The translations under genes and the position numbers were made by a program. Below the pieces are notes generated by a model. The model worked only from the letters and a program-made list of their open reading frames with translations. It made no database searches and was not told where the DNA came from. Shown here piece by piece: positions 49,417 to 59,626 of a stretch of DNA of 64,000 nucleotides; positions within the stretch are counted from its first letter, which is position 1, and each line of letters begins with the position of its first letter. Source of the stretch: Lentisphaeria bacterium (GTDB lineage Bacteria > Verrucomicrobiota > Lentisphaeria > Victivallales > UBA1829); assembly GCA_017615635.1 (NCBI GenBank), contig JAFZZR010000099.1:6618-70617 (forward strand). Reading direction: 5' to 3'.

Positions 49417-51726
49417 ATGAAAAAACTGTATATCATCTGCAATTCCCATCTGGATCCCGTATGGCTCTGGAACCTGAGCTGCGGACGGAGCGCATGGATC
49501 AACACCGTGCACTCCGTCGTCCGGATGATGGACGAGATCCCCGAGCTGAAATTCACCTGTTCCACCGCCGCGCAGTACCGCTGGATCGAAGAGACGGATC
49601 CGGGTCTTTTCCGGAAAATCGCCGCATTGGTCGAGCAGGGACGCTGGGAAATCACGGGCGGCTGGGAAGTGCAGTCCGACGCGGTGATCGCCCGTCCGGA
49701 GACGCTGGTCCGGCAGGCCCTGCACGGCAAAGAGTATTTCCGGCGCAAATTCGGAGTCGAAGTGACAACGGCGTACTGCGTGGACTCGTTCGGACATGGC
49801 GCGGATCTGCCGAAAATCCTGAAGGAAACGGGATTCACCCATTATGTCTGTCTCCGGATGCACGATCTTCCCCCGCTTTTCACGTGGAAGGCGGACGACG
49901 GGTCCGGCGTGACCGTGCTCCGGATCAACTCCTCCTACGGGACCGGCGGAGTCACCCTCGCCTGGCTCGATGATTTTCTTCAGGAACATGTGAAAAGTCC
50001 GCTGGAACGGCAGGCGATGTTTTTCGGGGTGGGCGACCACGGAGGCGGACTCTCCCGCATCCAGCTGCGCTGGCTTCAGGAAGCGAGGGAGAAATACGAT
50101 ATTGTCTTTTCGACGCTCCAGGAGTATTTCCGGGACGTGGCGGATCTGCCGCTGCCGACGGTCACAGGCGAACTCGGACCGGTCTTCCGCGGCTGCTATA
50201 CCAGCTGCCACGAGGTCAAGCGGAAGATCGCGCGGGCGACCCGGCGCCTGATCGCGGCGGAGAAACTGGGTGTCCCGGCCGCGGAACTGGATTCCGCCTG
50301 GAAGGACCTTCTCTTCTTCCATTTTCACGATTCTCTGCCGGGCACCTCCACAAGGCCGGTTTACGAACGCGATGTCTTCCCCGGACTCGGCGGCGTGGAA
50401 AGCACGGCGGACCGCCTGATCGACCGGGAAATGCACCGCCGGGGTGCCGCGCTGGATACCCGGTTCATGGGACAGGGCGGCGTGCTGTGCCGGAATCCGC
50501 ATCCGGAAGAGCATAACGCCATCCTTGCGCATACGGGTTTTGCCGATCCCAACGGAACGGGCCGTTACTTCAACGCGCTCAGGGATGAATCGGGAAAGGA
50601 GTATCCGCTGCAGATCCTGCCCCCGCCCTCGACGTTCGGCCCCGCCGGCATGGCCTGGGGTGTGCTGACCGCAGTGGTGAAGCTACCTGCCTGGTCCTCC
50701 CGCTCTTTCGCCTATGCGTACGCGGAAAAGGAGTATCCCGCCCTGGGATTTGCAGTCCAGCGGGCGCTCCTGGACAAACTGTCCTTCGAGGTGTATTTCG
50801 ATGACACCCACAGCTGGGGTTTCGGACTGGAAAAATTCAGCTCGCTCTCGGGACGGGCGGAACGGATCCGGACGGAGGAGTATGTGAACGGCCCCGTCTG
50901 CAGCATCCTGCGGTCGGAATGGAAATACGGCGAATCCGGCATCACGCTCGATCTGATCCGCTATGCCGGGATCCCCGAAACGGGCGTCCGGATCCGTCTG
51001 GACTGGCATGAGATCAAGTGCGCGCTGAAGCTCGTGTGCCGCCACGGACTGCAGAAGCCCGAATTCCTCACGGGCAGCGGCGTCACCGCCAGCCGGCGCC
51101 TGACCGGAAGCAGTTACGACGAGGTGATCTCCTGCGACTGGCGTCACGGGAAACTCTGCTCCAGATATCCCGGAAGCGGCGAATACTCCATGATCGACTG
51201 GTGCGCCGCGTGCTCGGAGTCCGCATCCTTCGCCGTCTACGCTCCGGATATACACTCCTGCGACCACGCGGACAACATGCTCCGCATTACGCTGGCCCGT
51301 CCGATCCTCTACGCGGATCATGCACCCTTCCCGCCCGACGACTATTACGGATGGACGGAACAGGGTGTTTCCGAACGCCGTCTCTGGCTGGCGGAACTCG
51401 GACCCGTCTCCCCGGAGGAGCTGCCCGGAATGGCCGCGGCGCGGCTCGTCAATGCCGAATCCTGCGAGATCACGGCCCACGAGCCGGGCCGGGACCTGTA
51501 TCCCGTCCGGGATCTGCCGCCCGTACAGATCCGTCCGGCGCTTCTCGAAGCCTACCGTTTCAACGAAGACGGAGATTGCGAGATCCACGTGAGGAATCCG
51601 CGCGGCGAAGCGGTGGAGATCACCCTGCCGGAACCGGCCGGGAAACAGACGATCCCGCCCCGTTCCCTGAAAATCATAACCTGGCGTCCGAAAGAAAACG
51701 CCCAATCGAAGGTGCATGCATCATGA
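49417..51726 (+). CDS. GH38 alpha-mannosidase family
   Basis: NSHLDPVWLW, DSFGH, GVGDHGGG, FHDSLPGT. Confidence 0.9.
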   Translation: MKKLYIICNSHLDPVWLWNLSCGRSAWINTVHSVVRMMDEIPELKFTCSTAAQYRWIEETDPGLFRKIAALVEQGRWEITGGWEVQSDAVIARPETLVRQALHGKEYFRRKFGVEVTTAYCVDSFGHGADLPKILKETGFTHYVCLRMHDLPPLFTWKADDGSGVTVLRINSSYGTGGVTLAWLDDFLQEHVKSPLERQAMFFGVGDHGGGLSRIQLRWLQEAREKYDIVFSTLQEYFRDVADLPLPTVTGELGPVFRGCYTSCHEVKRKIARATRRLIAAEKLGVPAAELDSAWKDLLFFHFHDSLPGTSTRPVYERDVFPGLGGVESTADRLIDREMHRRGAALDTRFMGQGGVLCRNPHPEEHNAILAHTGFADPNGTGRYFNALRDESGKEYPLQILPPPSTFGPAGMAWGVLTAVVKLPAWSSRSFAYAYAEKEYPALGFAVQRALLDKLSFEVYFDDTHSWGFGLEKFSSLSGRAERIRTEEYVNGPVCSILRSEWKYGESGITLDLIRYAGIPETGVRIRLDWHEIKCALKLVCRHGLQKPEFLTGSGVTASRRLTGSSYDEVISCDWRHGKLCSRYPGSGEYSMIDWCAACSESASFAVYAPDIHSCDHADNMLRITLARPILYADHAPFPPDDYYGWTEQGVSERRLWLAELGPVSPEELPGMAAARLVNAESCEITAHEPGRDLYPVRDLPPVQIRPALLEAYRFNEDGDCEIHVRNPRGEAVEITLPEPAGKQTIPPRSLKIITWRPKENAQSKVHAS

Positions 51727-52148
51727 AACACGTAAAAGTTCTTCTGACGGCAGGCGCCGTCTCCCTTCTCGCCCTCGCACTCGAAGCGAACGACACCGCG
51801 ACCTTCCGGGACAGTCAGGGCCGAACGATCGGAACCGAAACGAAAATGGGCAACACGTCGGTCTACCGGGATGCGCAGGGCCGGACCACCGCCACGACCA
51901 TCACCAACGGCAATATCACCACCTGCCGGGATGCGCAGGGCCGGACCCTCGGAACAAAAACCGTACAGGGCAATCAGGCGGTCTATCGGGACGCGCAGGG
52001 CCGGGTCGTGAGGACGGAAACCATCAACGGCAACACGTCCACCTGGCGGGACGCGAACGGACGGACCGTCGGAACAACGACACAGGATCCCTCCGGCGCC
52101 ACGACGCTGCGGGACGATCAGGGGCGCACGGTCGGCACAAAACGCTGA
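51723..52148 (+). CDS. Secreted protein with six ~20-aa RDxxGR beta-hairpin repeats
   Basis: Signal peptide; in-frame repeats with a 60-bp period. Confidence 0.8.
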   Translation: MKHVKVLLTAGAVSLLALALEANDTATFRDSQGRTIGTETKMGNTSVYRDAQGRTTATTITNGNITTCRDAQGRTLGTKTVQGNQAVYRDAQGRVVRTETINGNTSTWRDANGRTVGTTTQDPSGATTLRDDQGRTVGTKR

Positions 52149-52181
52149 ACAAAAAACGTTTTCCGGCGTTTTCGGAGGTCT

Positions 52182-53423
52182 TCAGGCGCGGAGCTGACCG
52201 TTCCCCACGGCAACCCATTTATAGGTGCACAGCTCGGCCGGCCCCACGGGTCCCCGGGCGTGCAGGCGGTCGGTACTGATCCCGACCACGGCGCCCAGTC
52301 CGTAGTCGCCGCCGCCGGAAAGCCGGGTGGAGGCATTGACGAGGACGGAGGCGGAATCCACGCCTGCGATGAACCGGCGGGAAAGCTCCAGAGATGAGGT
52401 TATGATCCCGTCGGTATGCCCCGAACCGTGTCGGGCGATGTGCGCCATGGCTTCCTCGATCCCGTGCACGATCCGGATGGAGAGGATCGGCGCCAGATAT
52501 TCGGTATCCCAGTCCTGCTCCGTTGCGGGGAGACAGTCGGGCAGGATGGCCCGAGTTTCGGGACAGCCCCGGAGCTCCACGCCCTGTTTTTTCAGAGCCT
52601 CGGCCACCAGCGGCAGGATCCGGGTGGCAGACGCCGCATCCGCCAGAAGGGTTTCCAGGGCGTTGCAGACTTCCACCCGCTGGCATTTTGAATTGACCGT
52701 CAGGGAGACGGCCATATCCGGATCCGCATCTTCGGCAATGTAGAGATGGCAGATCCCGTCGTAGTGCTTGAGCACGGGGATCCGCGTCCCTTCCGATACG
52801 GCCCGGATCAGGCTCTTCCCTCCGCGCGGAATGATCAGATCGATGAATTCCTCCTGCCGGAGAAGCTCCCGGACCGCTTTGTGATCCGCGCTGTCCAGAA
52901 GCTGAACCGCATCTTCCGGGAGACCCGCTTCCACGGCGGCGGACCGCATGGCCCCGGCCAGCACGCGATTGGTCCGCAGAGATTCCGAACCGCCTTTGAG
53001 GATGACCGTATTGCCGCTTTTCAGCGCCACGGCGGCCGCATCGGTCGTGACATTGGGTCTTGCTTCATAGATCATGGCAACGACACCGATGGGGACGGCG
53101 ATCTTCTCGACCCGAAGCCCGGAAGGCATGACGCGCCCTTCCAGCACACGGCCCACGGGATCGGGCAAGGCGGCGGCCTCGCGGAGACGGTTCACCATGT
53201 AATCGAAGATTTTATCCGTGATCCGCAGCCGTTTTTTCATGGGTTCCGAAAGATCCGGCGCCGCCTTCAAATCCTCCGCATTGGCGGCCATGACCTCGTC
53301 TTTCACCCGGATCAGCGCGCCGGCCATGCGTTTGAGAGCATCCGCCCGGCAGGCGCCGGAAACGGTTTTAAGTATCTGGGAGGCGGCAGCGGCCCGGCGG
53401 GCCATTTCCTGGATCGGGATCAT
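52182..53423 (-). CDS. proA: Gamma-glutamyl phosphate reductase
   Basis: IYEARPNVT, IPRGG, CNALETLL, ISTDRLHARGPVG. Confidence 0.96.
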   Translation of the reverse strand: MIPIQEMARRAAAASQILKTVSGACRADALKRMAGALIRVKDEVMAANAEDLKAAPDLSEPMKKRLRITDKIFDYMVNRLREAAALPDPVGRVLEGRVMPSGLRVEKIAVPIGVVAMIYEARPNVTTDAAAVALKSGNTVILKGGSESLRTNRVLAGAMRSAAVEAGLPEDAVQLLDSADHKAVRELLRQEEFIDLIIPRGGKSLIRAVSEGTRIPVLKHYDGICHLYIAEDADPDMAVSLTVNSKCQRVEVCNALETLLADAASATRILPLVAEALKKQGVELRGCPETRAILPDCLPATEQDWDTEYLAPILSIRIVHGIEEAMAHIARHGSGHTDGIITSSLELSRRFIAGVDSASVLVNASTRLSGGGDYGLGAVVGISTDRLHARGPVGPAELCTYKWVAVGNGQLRA

Positions 53424-53473
53424 GATTTTTTCTCCGGAAGCTGTTGTTGATAAAAAGTTTGTCCGTTATTCTG

Positions 53474-54532
53474 TCAGGGTTCGGTTTTCTCCGTCTGCCC
53501 TTTTCCATGCGTCTGACGCCAGGCCCGGATCCGCAGATTCGCATTGGCACGGAGATTTTCCGCAAAGAACCAGATGTCGTTCATGTGGAATACCCCGACG
53601 CCCATAAAGCCTTTTGCGTCAAATCGGCTCCGGACGGGCAGATCCACGATCAGCGCGCCCTTTGCCGGATCGATCACGGCGCCGCAGAAATGCGCGGTCC
53701 GCTCGGTCTTCCCGGTCCGGTAATCGTAGAAGACAGCGCCCAGATTCGCTTCCGGGCCGGCCGGTTCCGAATCGGTCCGCCAGTTCAGCGGATTGATGCA
53801 CAGAGTGCCCGGGCACGTGAAAAACGGATTTTTCGCACCGGGCGCCTGGGTGTTCCATACCACGACCACGCCCAGATCCTCCGCCCCTTTCGCCGGCTTG
53901 ACGGCCCGTCCGCTGAAGTCCCGCGCAAAGGCCGTCTCCGTGACGCGGGGGAGCCCGATGAGATAGGCGGCAACGAACCCTTTTTCCGGGGAGACGTCGC
54001 GGCGGTTCTTCAGCAGGCAGTAGAGATCGACGGCCCCCTGACTGTGTCCCAGCAGGATGAAGGGACGTCCGCCATTCACATTCCGAAGGTACCAGTCGAA
54101 GGCATCCAGCGTGTCCCGGATCCCGTGCTTCAACTCCGTCTGTTCCGGCGGGATCCTGTTGTCCTTCAGCGCCATGTCGCAGCGGGTGTATTCCAGCTGC
54201 CGTACGAACGGCGCGAAGATCCGGGCGTCCGACTGGAAGATCCCCCGGGTCTGGGCCTCGGCGAAGGCGCGCACCTTCTTTTCCGTTTTCGGATCCGCCC
54301 AGTCCATCAGAGGCGTCTTGAGAGAAGACGTCAAAGTCGGACAGATATAGAAAATATCCCAGTCTCCGGTCTGCCCCGAATCGCGGATCGCCCAGTTATC
54401 CGGCTGCGAATAATCCACGGCCCCGGAGACATCCTGCGCCCCCAGCATTCCGGCAAATGCGAGAAGGAGGAGAAGAGCGAGAACCGGAACATGACGCCGA
54501 AAACTATCTGCGCTGCAAGTTGTTCTGAACAC
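53474..54532 (-). CDS. DUF3089 alpha/beta hydrolase, secreted
   Basis: DIFYICPT, FAPFVRQ, ILLGHSQG, CINPLNW; GTG start after RBS. Confidence 0.8.
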   Translation of the reverse strand: MFRTTCSADSFRRHVPVLALLLLLAFAGMLGAQDVSGAVDYSQPDNWAIRDSGQTGDWDIFYICPTLTSSLKTPLMDWADPKTEKKVRAFAEAQTRGIFQSDARIFAPFVRQLEYTRCDMALKDNRIPPEQTELKHGIRDTLDAFDWYLRNVNGGRPFILLGHSQGAVDLYCLLKNRRDVSPEKGFVAAYLIGLPRVTETAFARDFSGRAVKPAKGAEDLGVVVVWNTQAPGAKNPFFTCPGTLCINPLNWRTDSEPAGPEANLGAVFYDYRTGKTERTAHFCGAVIDPAKGALIVDLPVRSRFDAKGFMGVGVFHMNDIWFFAENLRANANLRIRAWRQTHGKGQTEKTEP

Positions 54533-54600
54533 GGCACACCTCTTTTTTTTCGATTTGCCGGAAGGCAGGGCCGACAGTCCGGAAGGACCTGAATTCCGTC

Positions 54601-55650
54601 TTATTTGTACTCCTTCTTCAGCATTTGAAGAAGCTGTTTCACTTTCTGCTCGCAGGAGAGCGGACAAACCAGCACGCCGTCGCCCGATTTTATCACGGCC
54701 GTGTCCTTCATGCCGATAACGCCGATCAGCGTGTCGTCTTCGGAGAACACCACGTTCCCGGAGGATTCCATCAGCACGGCGTTGCCGCTTACGGCGTTGC
54801 CGTTCTTGTCACAGGGGAGGACAGTCCGGAGGGAGTTCCAGCTGCCGATGTCGTTCCACTCGAAGGGGGCATCGCCCGCGATCACGCAGTCGGATTTTTC
54901 CATGACGGCGTAATCGATGGAGATCTTCCGGCATTCGGCGAAATCCTTTGTGAAATCGCCGCCCGAGGCCCAGAGGTCCAGTTTTTCGCCCAGATCGGGA
55001 GCGTGACGGCGGAACTCCCTGGAAATGACATCGGCGCGCCAGATAAAGATACCGCTGTTCCAACGGTACTCCCCGGTCCGCAGAAACTGTTCCGCCGTTT
55101 CCGCATCCGGTTTTTCCCGGAATTCCAGAACACGGTGAAAACCGGGTGCAAATGATTCGCCCAGATGAAGATAACCGTATCCTGTGGCCGCAAATACGGG
55201 CGGGATCCCCAGCGTTACCAGAACTCCTTTCTGCGCTTCCGCCGCGGCTGAGATCAGGGTCTCCTGAAACGCCTTCGCGGGACGGATCAGATGATCCGCG
55301 GGAAGCAGGATCATGGTCCCTTCGGGATCCTTCCGGCGGACAAGCGCGGCGGCCAGGGCGGCACAGGGGGCCGTATCCCGTCCTTCCGGTTCGCCGATCA
55401 CATTTTCCGGCGGGATCGGCAGGACATTCCGGATCTCCCCGACGTAAAGCCGGTTGGTAATGACGAAGACCCGTTCCGGAGGGATCAGCGGGAAAAGACG
55501 GAAAACCGTCTCTTCGATCATGGTCTTTCCTCCGGTCAGGGAGAGAAGCTGCTTGGGACGCGAAGCCCGACCCGCGGGCCAGAAGCGCTCGCCCTTCCCT
55601 CCGGCCATGACGACCGCATACAGATTCAAATTCTGATTACTTACGCTCAT
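54601..55650 (-). CDS. manC: Mannose-1-phosphate guanylyltransferase
   Basis: MAGGKGERFWP, PKQLL, EPEGRDTAP, SIDYAVMEK, WNDIGSW. Confidence 0.93.
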   Translation of the reverse strand: MSVSNQNLNLYAVVMAGGKGERFWPAGRASRPKQLLSLTGGKTMIEETVFRLFPLIPPERVFVITNRLYVGEIRNVLPIPPENVIGEPEGRDTAPCAALAAALVRRKDPEGTMILLPADHLIRPAKAFQETLISAAAEAQKGVLVTLGIPPVFAATGYGYLHLGESFAPGFHRVLEFREKPDAETAEQFLRTGEYRWNSGIFIWRADVISREFRRHAPDLGEKLDLWASGGDFTKDFAECRKISIDYAVMEKSDCVIAGDAPFEWNDIGSWNSLRTVLPCDKNGNAVSGNAVLMESSGNVVFSEDDTLIGVIGMKDTAVIKSGDGVLVCPLSCEQKVKQLLQMLKKEYK

Positions 55651-55695
55651 TTTTCAATATCTTGCAACCTTTGGTGAATGCCGCCGCCATGATCT

Positions 55696-56202
55696 TTATT
55701 CGCCGAGAAGGATCACAACAAACATCAGCATCGGTTTCGGCATTTCATCCCATTGTTCAACGACCGCGATGGCCGACCCGGAAGTTCCGTTTCCCCGGTA
55801 AATACGGAGAAGCGGCCCCTGATATTCCAGCGTGTAGGCGGCCGACCCCGATGTACTGCTGCCCCGGTAGATCCTGGGCGTCGATCCGTGCTCCCAGACA
55901 TAGCAGGCCGATCCGGAGGTGGAAGATCCATGGTACATCCGGATCAGGGAGCCGCTGTATTCGAAACAGTATGCCGTTTCTCCGGACGTGGAACTTCCAC
56001 GGTAGATCCTAGGCGTGTTCCCCGGTTCGTACGTGAATATGGCGCTGCCGGAGGTGGAACTGCCCCGATAAAGACGCTTTTCGGACGGAGGATAGTTGTA
56101 TACGGCGGAACCGGAGGTGGAACTGCCCCGATAAAAAACGGCACCCTGCAGCGAAGGGATCGCCAGCAGACAGGCGAACAGCATAACATATCTCAAAAGC
56201 AT
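55696..56202 (-). CDS. Secreted six-repeat (YRGSSTSG) beta protein, beta-flower-like
   Basis: Signal peptide; six 21-23-aa repeats; C-terminal hydrophobic helix. Confidence 0.7.
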   Translation of the reverse strand: MLLRYVMLFACLLAIPSLQGAVFYRGSSTSGSAVYNYPPSEKRLYRGSSTSGSAIFTYEPGNTPRIYRGSSTSGETAYCFEYSGSLIRMYHGSSTSGSACYVWEHGSTPRIYRGSSTSGSAAYTLEYQGPLLRIYRGNGTSGSAIAVVEQWDEMPKPMLMFVVILLGE

Positions 56203-56396
56203 CGGATCACCCTCAATTTTCGTACAGATTCCTTATCCCGGGATCTGACAACGGTAAATATACAGCAGCGGAGCGAAGAAATCAACTCCCATGAAGGACT
56301 TTCCTCAGAAAAGGACCGGAATGTGCGGTGAGGATCCCGCCCTGCAGTTCCATGAAAAACCTTTCCGATTCGATGGAGGGTGCTCAAACAGGCGTC

Positions 56397-57764
56397 TCAA
56401 AGCAGTTCCTCGTCCTGGACCACCAACGGTTCGCGCACAATTGGCTGATCCGTCGCTTCCTCCTTGCGCACGTATTCATCGATCCGGAAGCGTTTGACCA
56501 GGAACCGGACGATGGAGGGCACGGGGATCGTGGTGATGACCGAGAGGATAATGATGGAGTTGAAGAACTGGGCGGAAAGCATTCCCAGGTCCTTGCCGAT
56601 GGCCGCCGCCGCCAGAGTCGCGGAAAGCTGAGGCACGGTCATAAGTCCGGCCACCACGGCTTCCGGGTTGCGGAATCCGGTGACCTTCATAGCGATGAAT
56701 CCGGAAACGACTTTGGAAATCACCAACCCGCCCACGGTCAGCAGGATGAGGATGAAATTACCGCCTTGTGCAAACGCGGAAAAATCGGTTTTCATGCCGA
56801 TGGAGACGAAGAGGAAGGGAATGAGGAATCCGTATCCGATGCTTTCGAAACGGCGGAACAGCATCTTATCCTCCCCCTGGACCACGCGGGAAAGACCGAG
56901 CCCGGCAATAAAGGCGCCGACCACCAGGTTGATTCCCAGGATCTCCCCGATCAGGACCGTGCAGAAGATGACCAGCAGAAGGATCGTGATGAGCATATCC
57001 TCGCCGGGCTGGAAGATCCGCAGAAGAAACTTTCCCGTTTTATTGGTCACCCAGATGGAAATCCCCAGATAGGCGAGAACGATCAGCAGGAAGACGGGTG
57101 TGAAGCTGTTCCCGAGAAGCGACCCATCGATGTGGTTGAAAATCGAAAGCGTGTCGCTGGCCATCATGTGGGAAGTCTGCATGTTCTGCCGGTAAAGCTG
57201 CACGGAGACCGCCAGAAGGATGATACTGGAAATATCGGTGATGACCGTGGAGATCAGAACCGCCGCACCGAACCGGGACTGGGAAAGCTTCAGCTCGCGG
57301 ATGACCGGGAATACGATGCCCACGGAGTGCGACGCGAAAAGAGATGCATAGAGAAGTTTGCCGGGCAGATCGTCCGGACAGAAATACGCATAAACGAAGT
57401 AGCCGGTCACCGCCGGCACCAGAAAAGTCAGGATACTCAGGGAGATGACCGGATTCCTCGCCGACCGGATCAGCTTGAAATCCGCCTCCATTCCCGCCAG
57501 CGTCATCAGGAAGACAAGTCCCAGGGCGCCCAGGGAATTGACCAGCGAGGTGAACGATCCGGCCGTCGCCGCGGGATCCGAACCTAGGAAACGGAGGGAG
57601 CGCGAAAAGAAGCCGATAACATCCAGTCCGGTGGGTCCGATAAGCATTCCGACGATGAGCAGGGAAATGACCATGGGGATCCCGAAACGGCGGAAAACGA
57701 AGGGAACGACGGCCATCATGGCGGTAAAAGCCAGGAACAGGATCAGGAATGCACTGTCGGACAT
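56397..57764 (-). CDS. Cation:proton antiporter (CPA2)
   Basis: GMLIGPTGL, LAGME, ITDISS, GAFIAGL, PFLFVSIG. Confidence 0.9.
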   Translation of the reverse strand: MSDSAFLILFLAFTAMMAVVPFVFRRFGIPMVISLLIVGMLIGPTGLDVIGFFSRSLRFLGSDPAATAGSFTSLVNSLGALGLVFLMTLAGMEADFKLIRSARNPVISLSILTFLVPAVTGYFVYAYFCPDDLPGKLLYASLFASHSVGIVFPVIRELKLSQSRFGAAVLISTVITDISSIILLAVSVQLYRQNMQTSHMMASDTLSIFNHIDGSLLGNSFTPVFLLIVLAYLGISIWVTNKTGKFLLRIFQPGEDMLITILLLVIFCTVLIGEILGINLVVGAFIAGLGLSRVVQGEDKMLFRRFESIGYGFLIPFLFVSIGMKTDFSAFAQGGNFILILLTVGGLVISKVVSGFIAMKVTGFRNPEAVVAGLMTVPQLSATLAAAAIGKDLGMLSAQFFNSIIILSVITTIPVPSIVRFLVKRFRIDEYVRKEEATDQPIVREPLVVQDEELL

Positions 57765-57959
57765 AAAATCGGATGCCTTTCGGAAAATTGTTCGGACGAA
57801 GCGGAACGCTTCATCCCGTAAGGTAGCCCGCCTTCTTTCTTTTGCAAGCCGGGATGTACGGTTTTTTACGGAAAAGCTTGTTTTTTCTCCGATGCAAGGT
57901 ACAGTATAAAACCGGACGGATATCCCGTCCGTATTTTCAAACTCCGGAGGATAACCAGA

Positions 57960-59033
57960 ATGAACGATTCGATCTCCTTTCTCATGGATCTGATCCGCAC
58001 CCGCCCCGTCACGCAGGACATTGAAGCCGTCAACCGTACCGCCGCCAAAGTCCGCGCCCGCCTGGAATCCGCGGGGATACGCTGCGTCGTGGAAAAAATC
58101 GGGGGACGGGATACGCTGTACGCTTCCCTGGTCACCGGCAAAACGCCGGATTATCTTTTCAACGCCCACCTGGACGTGGTCGCCGCCCGGCCCGAACAGT
58201 TCGAACCGGTACTCTCCCCGGATGGCGGCGTCCTTGCCGGACGCGGAGCCTGCGACTGTCTGGGCCCCGCCGCCGCGATCACGGACGCACTCCTGGCGCT
58301 GAAGGCGAAGGGCGGCGCCTCCTGCGGTGCGATTTTCACGACGGATGAGGAGACGGGCGGACAGACGACCCTCGCCATGGTGGAACGCGGATATCATGCG
58401 AAAAAGGCGATCGTGATCGTGGATGGAGAATACGCCTCCGTGTGCATTGCGCAGAAGGGGATTCTTACCGTGAAGCTGACCCGCGTTTCGAAAGAGGGCG
58501 GCGGACACGCATCGGAACCGTGGGCCATGGAGAATCCCATCGACACGCTTCTGGACGCCTATCATGAACTGCGGGCCGGATGGAAAAATCCCACCGCGTC
58601 GAAGCCGTGGGGCGACTCCATGGCGGCGACCGTGATCTCCGGCGGATCGGTGCACAATCAGATCCCCGGCTCCGCCTCCATGATCCTGAATTTCCGTCTG
58701 ACGGAGGAGACGGGCGAGGCCCGCGTTCTCGAACGGCTTCGGAAACTGCCCGGCATCCGGGTGGAAACCCTGACCGGCTGTCCGCCTGTGGTCTTTTCCG
58801 AAGACGAACCGGTTTTTCTCAGGCTGAAGGAGATCTACGGAAAATATCTTCCGGGACGCGACATTCCCTTTGTCCGGATGAACGGAGCCACCGACGCCCG
58901 GCATTTCCGTTCTCTGAACGTTCCGCTGGCAATCCTCGGCGTGGACGGCGAAGGACTCCACGGCGCAAAAGAAACGCTCCGGACCGATTCACTCCGCGTG
59001 ATAAGCTCGGTCCTGACGGATTTCTGCTCCTGA
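57960..59033 (+). CDS. M20 family metallopeptidase/deacylase
   Basis: AHLDVV, GRGACD, DEETGG, GGHAS, GATDAR. Confidence 0.9.
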   Translation: MNDSISFLMDLIRTRPVTQDIEAVNRTAAKVRARLESAGIRCVVEKIGGRDTLYASLVTGKTPDYLFNAHLDVVAARPEQFEPVLSPDGGVLAGRGACDCLGPAAAITDALLALKAKGGASCGAIFTTDEETGGQTTLAMVERGYHAKKAIVIVDGEYASVCIAQKGILTVKLTRVSKEGGGHASEPWAMENPIDTLLDAYHELRAGWKNPTASKPWGDSMAATVISGGSVHNQIPGSASMILNFRLTEETGEARVLERLRKLPGIRVETLTGCPPVVFSEDEPVFLRLKEIYGKYLPGRDIPFVRMNGATDARHFRSLNVPLAILGVDGEGLHGAKETLRTDSLRVISSVLTDFCS

Positions 59034-59038
59034 AAAAA

Positions 59039-59626
59039 TCAGGGACGGAGCGCCCGGATCACCATATCCCGGAAAACCGTCATCCCTCTTTCCACATCCA
59101 GCGGTTCGCCCGTGCGCAGCAGATACCGGAACTGTCCGATCAGCGCATTCCGGATGAAGAGTGCGGTATCCTCCACGGCGACGGGCCGGAAGGAGCCTTC
59201 GGCGATCCCCTTCTGAAGGATCTCCGAGAGAAGCTGCACGTTCCGGTCCGGACGGCGCGGGGCGGGAAACGGATTTTTCCGGTAGAATTCCAGGCGGAGC
59301 CACCGGCTGCGGCGGAAATCCTCCATCATGGTTTCCGCCCAGAAGCCCAGAAGCTCCGGGGCGGGGAACTTCCGGCGGATCCTCCGGCATATCTTCCGGT
59401 ACCGGGCATCCTGTTCGGCTGTCCAGGCATCCAGAACCAGTTCGTCCTTTGTCCGGTAGTACAGATAGAGCGTCCCCTTGGCGATGCCCAGCGATGCGGC
59501 CACATCCTCCATGGTCACGTCCTGCCCATCCTGTTTTCCGGCGATCAGACGCACGAAGGCGCTGCGGATCTCCGTCCGCATGACCGAGTTCAGGCATTCA
59601 CGGGTTTGTCTGCACAGCCGCGGCAT
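59039..59626 (-). CDS. TetR family regulator
   Basis: TMEDVAASLGIAKGTLYLYYRTKDEL. Confidence 0.92.
   Translation of the reverse strand: MPRLCRQTRECLNSVMRTEIRSAFVRLIAGKQDGQDVTMEDVAASLGIAKGTLYLYYRTKDELVLDAWTAEQDARYRKICRRIRRKFPAPELLGFWAETMMEDFRRSRWLRLEFYRKNPFPAPRRPDRNVQLLSEILQKGIAEGSFRPVAVEDTALFIRNALIGQFRYLLRTGEPLDVERGMTVFRDMVIRALRP

Noticed and set aside
51806-52130. 60-bp periodic repeats resembling a CRISPR array
   Set aside because: In-frame coding repeats with synonymous variation; spacers similar at protein level; no cas genes or leader
55780-56135. 63-69-bp periodic repeats resembling a CRISPR array
   Set aside because: Periods are multiples of 3 and encode protein repeats behind a signal peptide
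56397-58961. 854-aa antiporter ORF as one protein
   Set aside because: The upstream part is antisense to the M20 gene; the real start is 57764 after a promoter-like sequence
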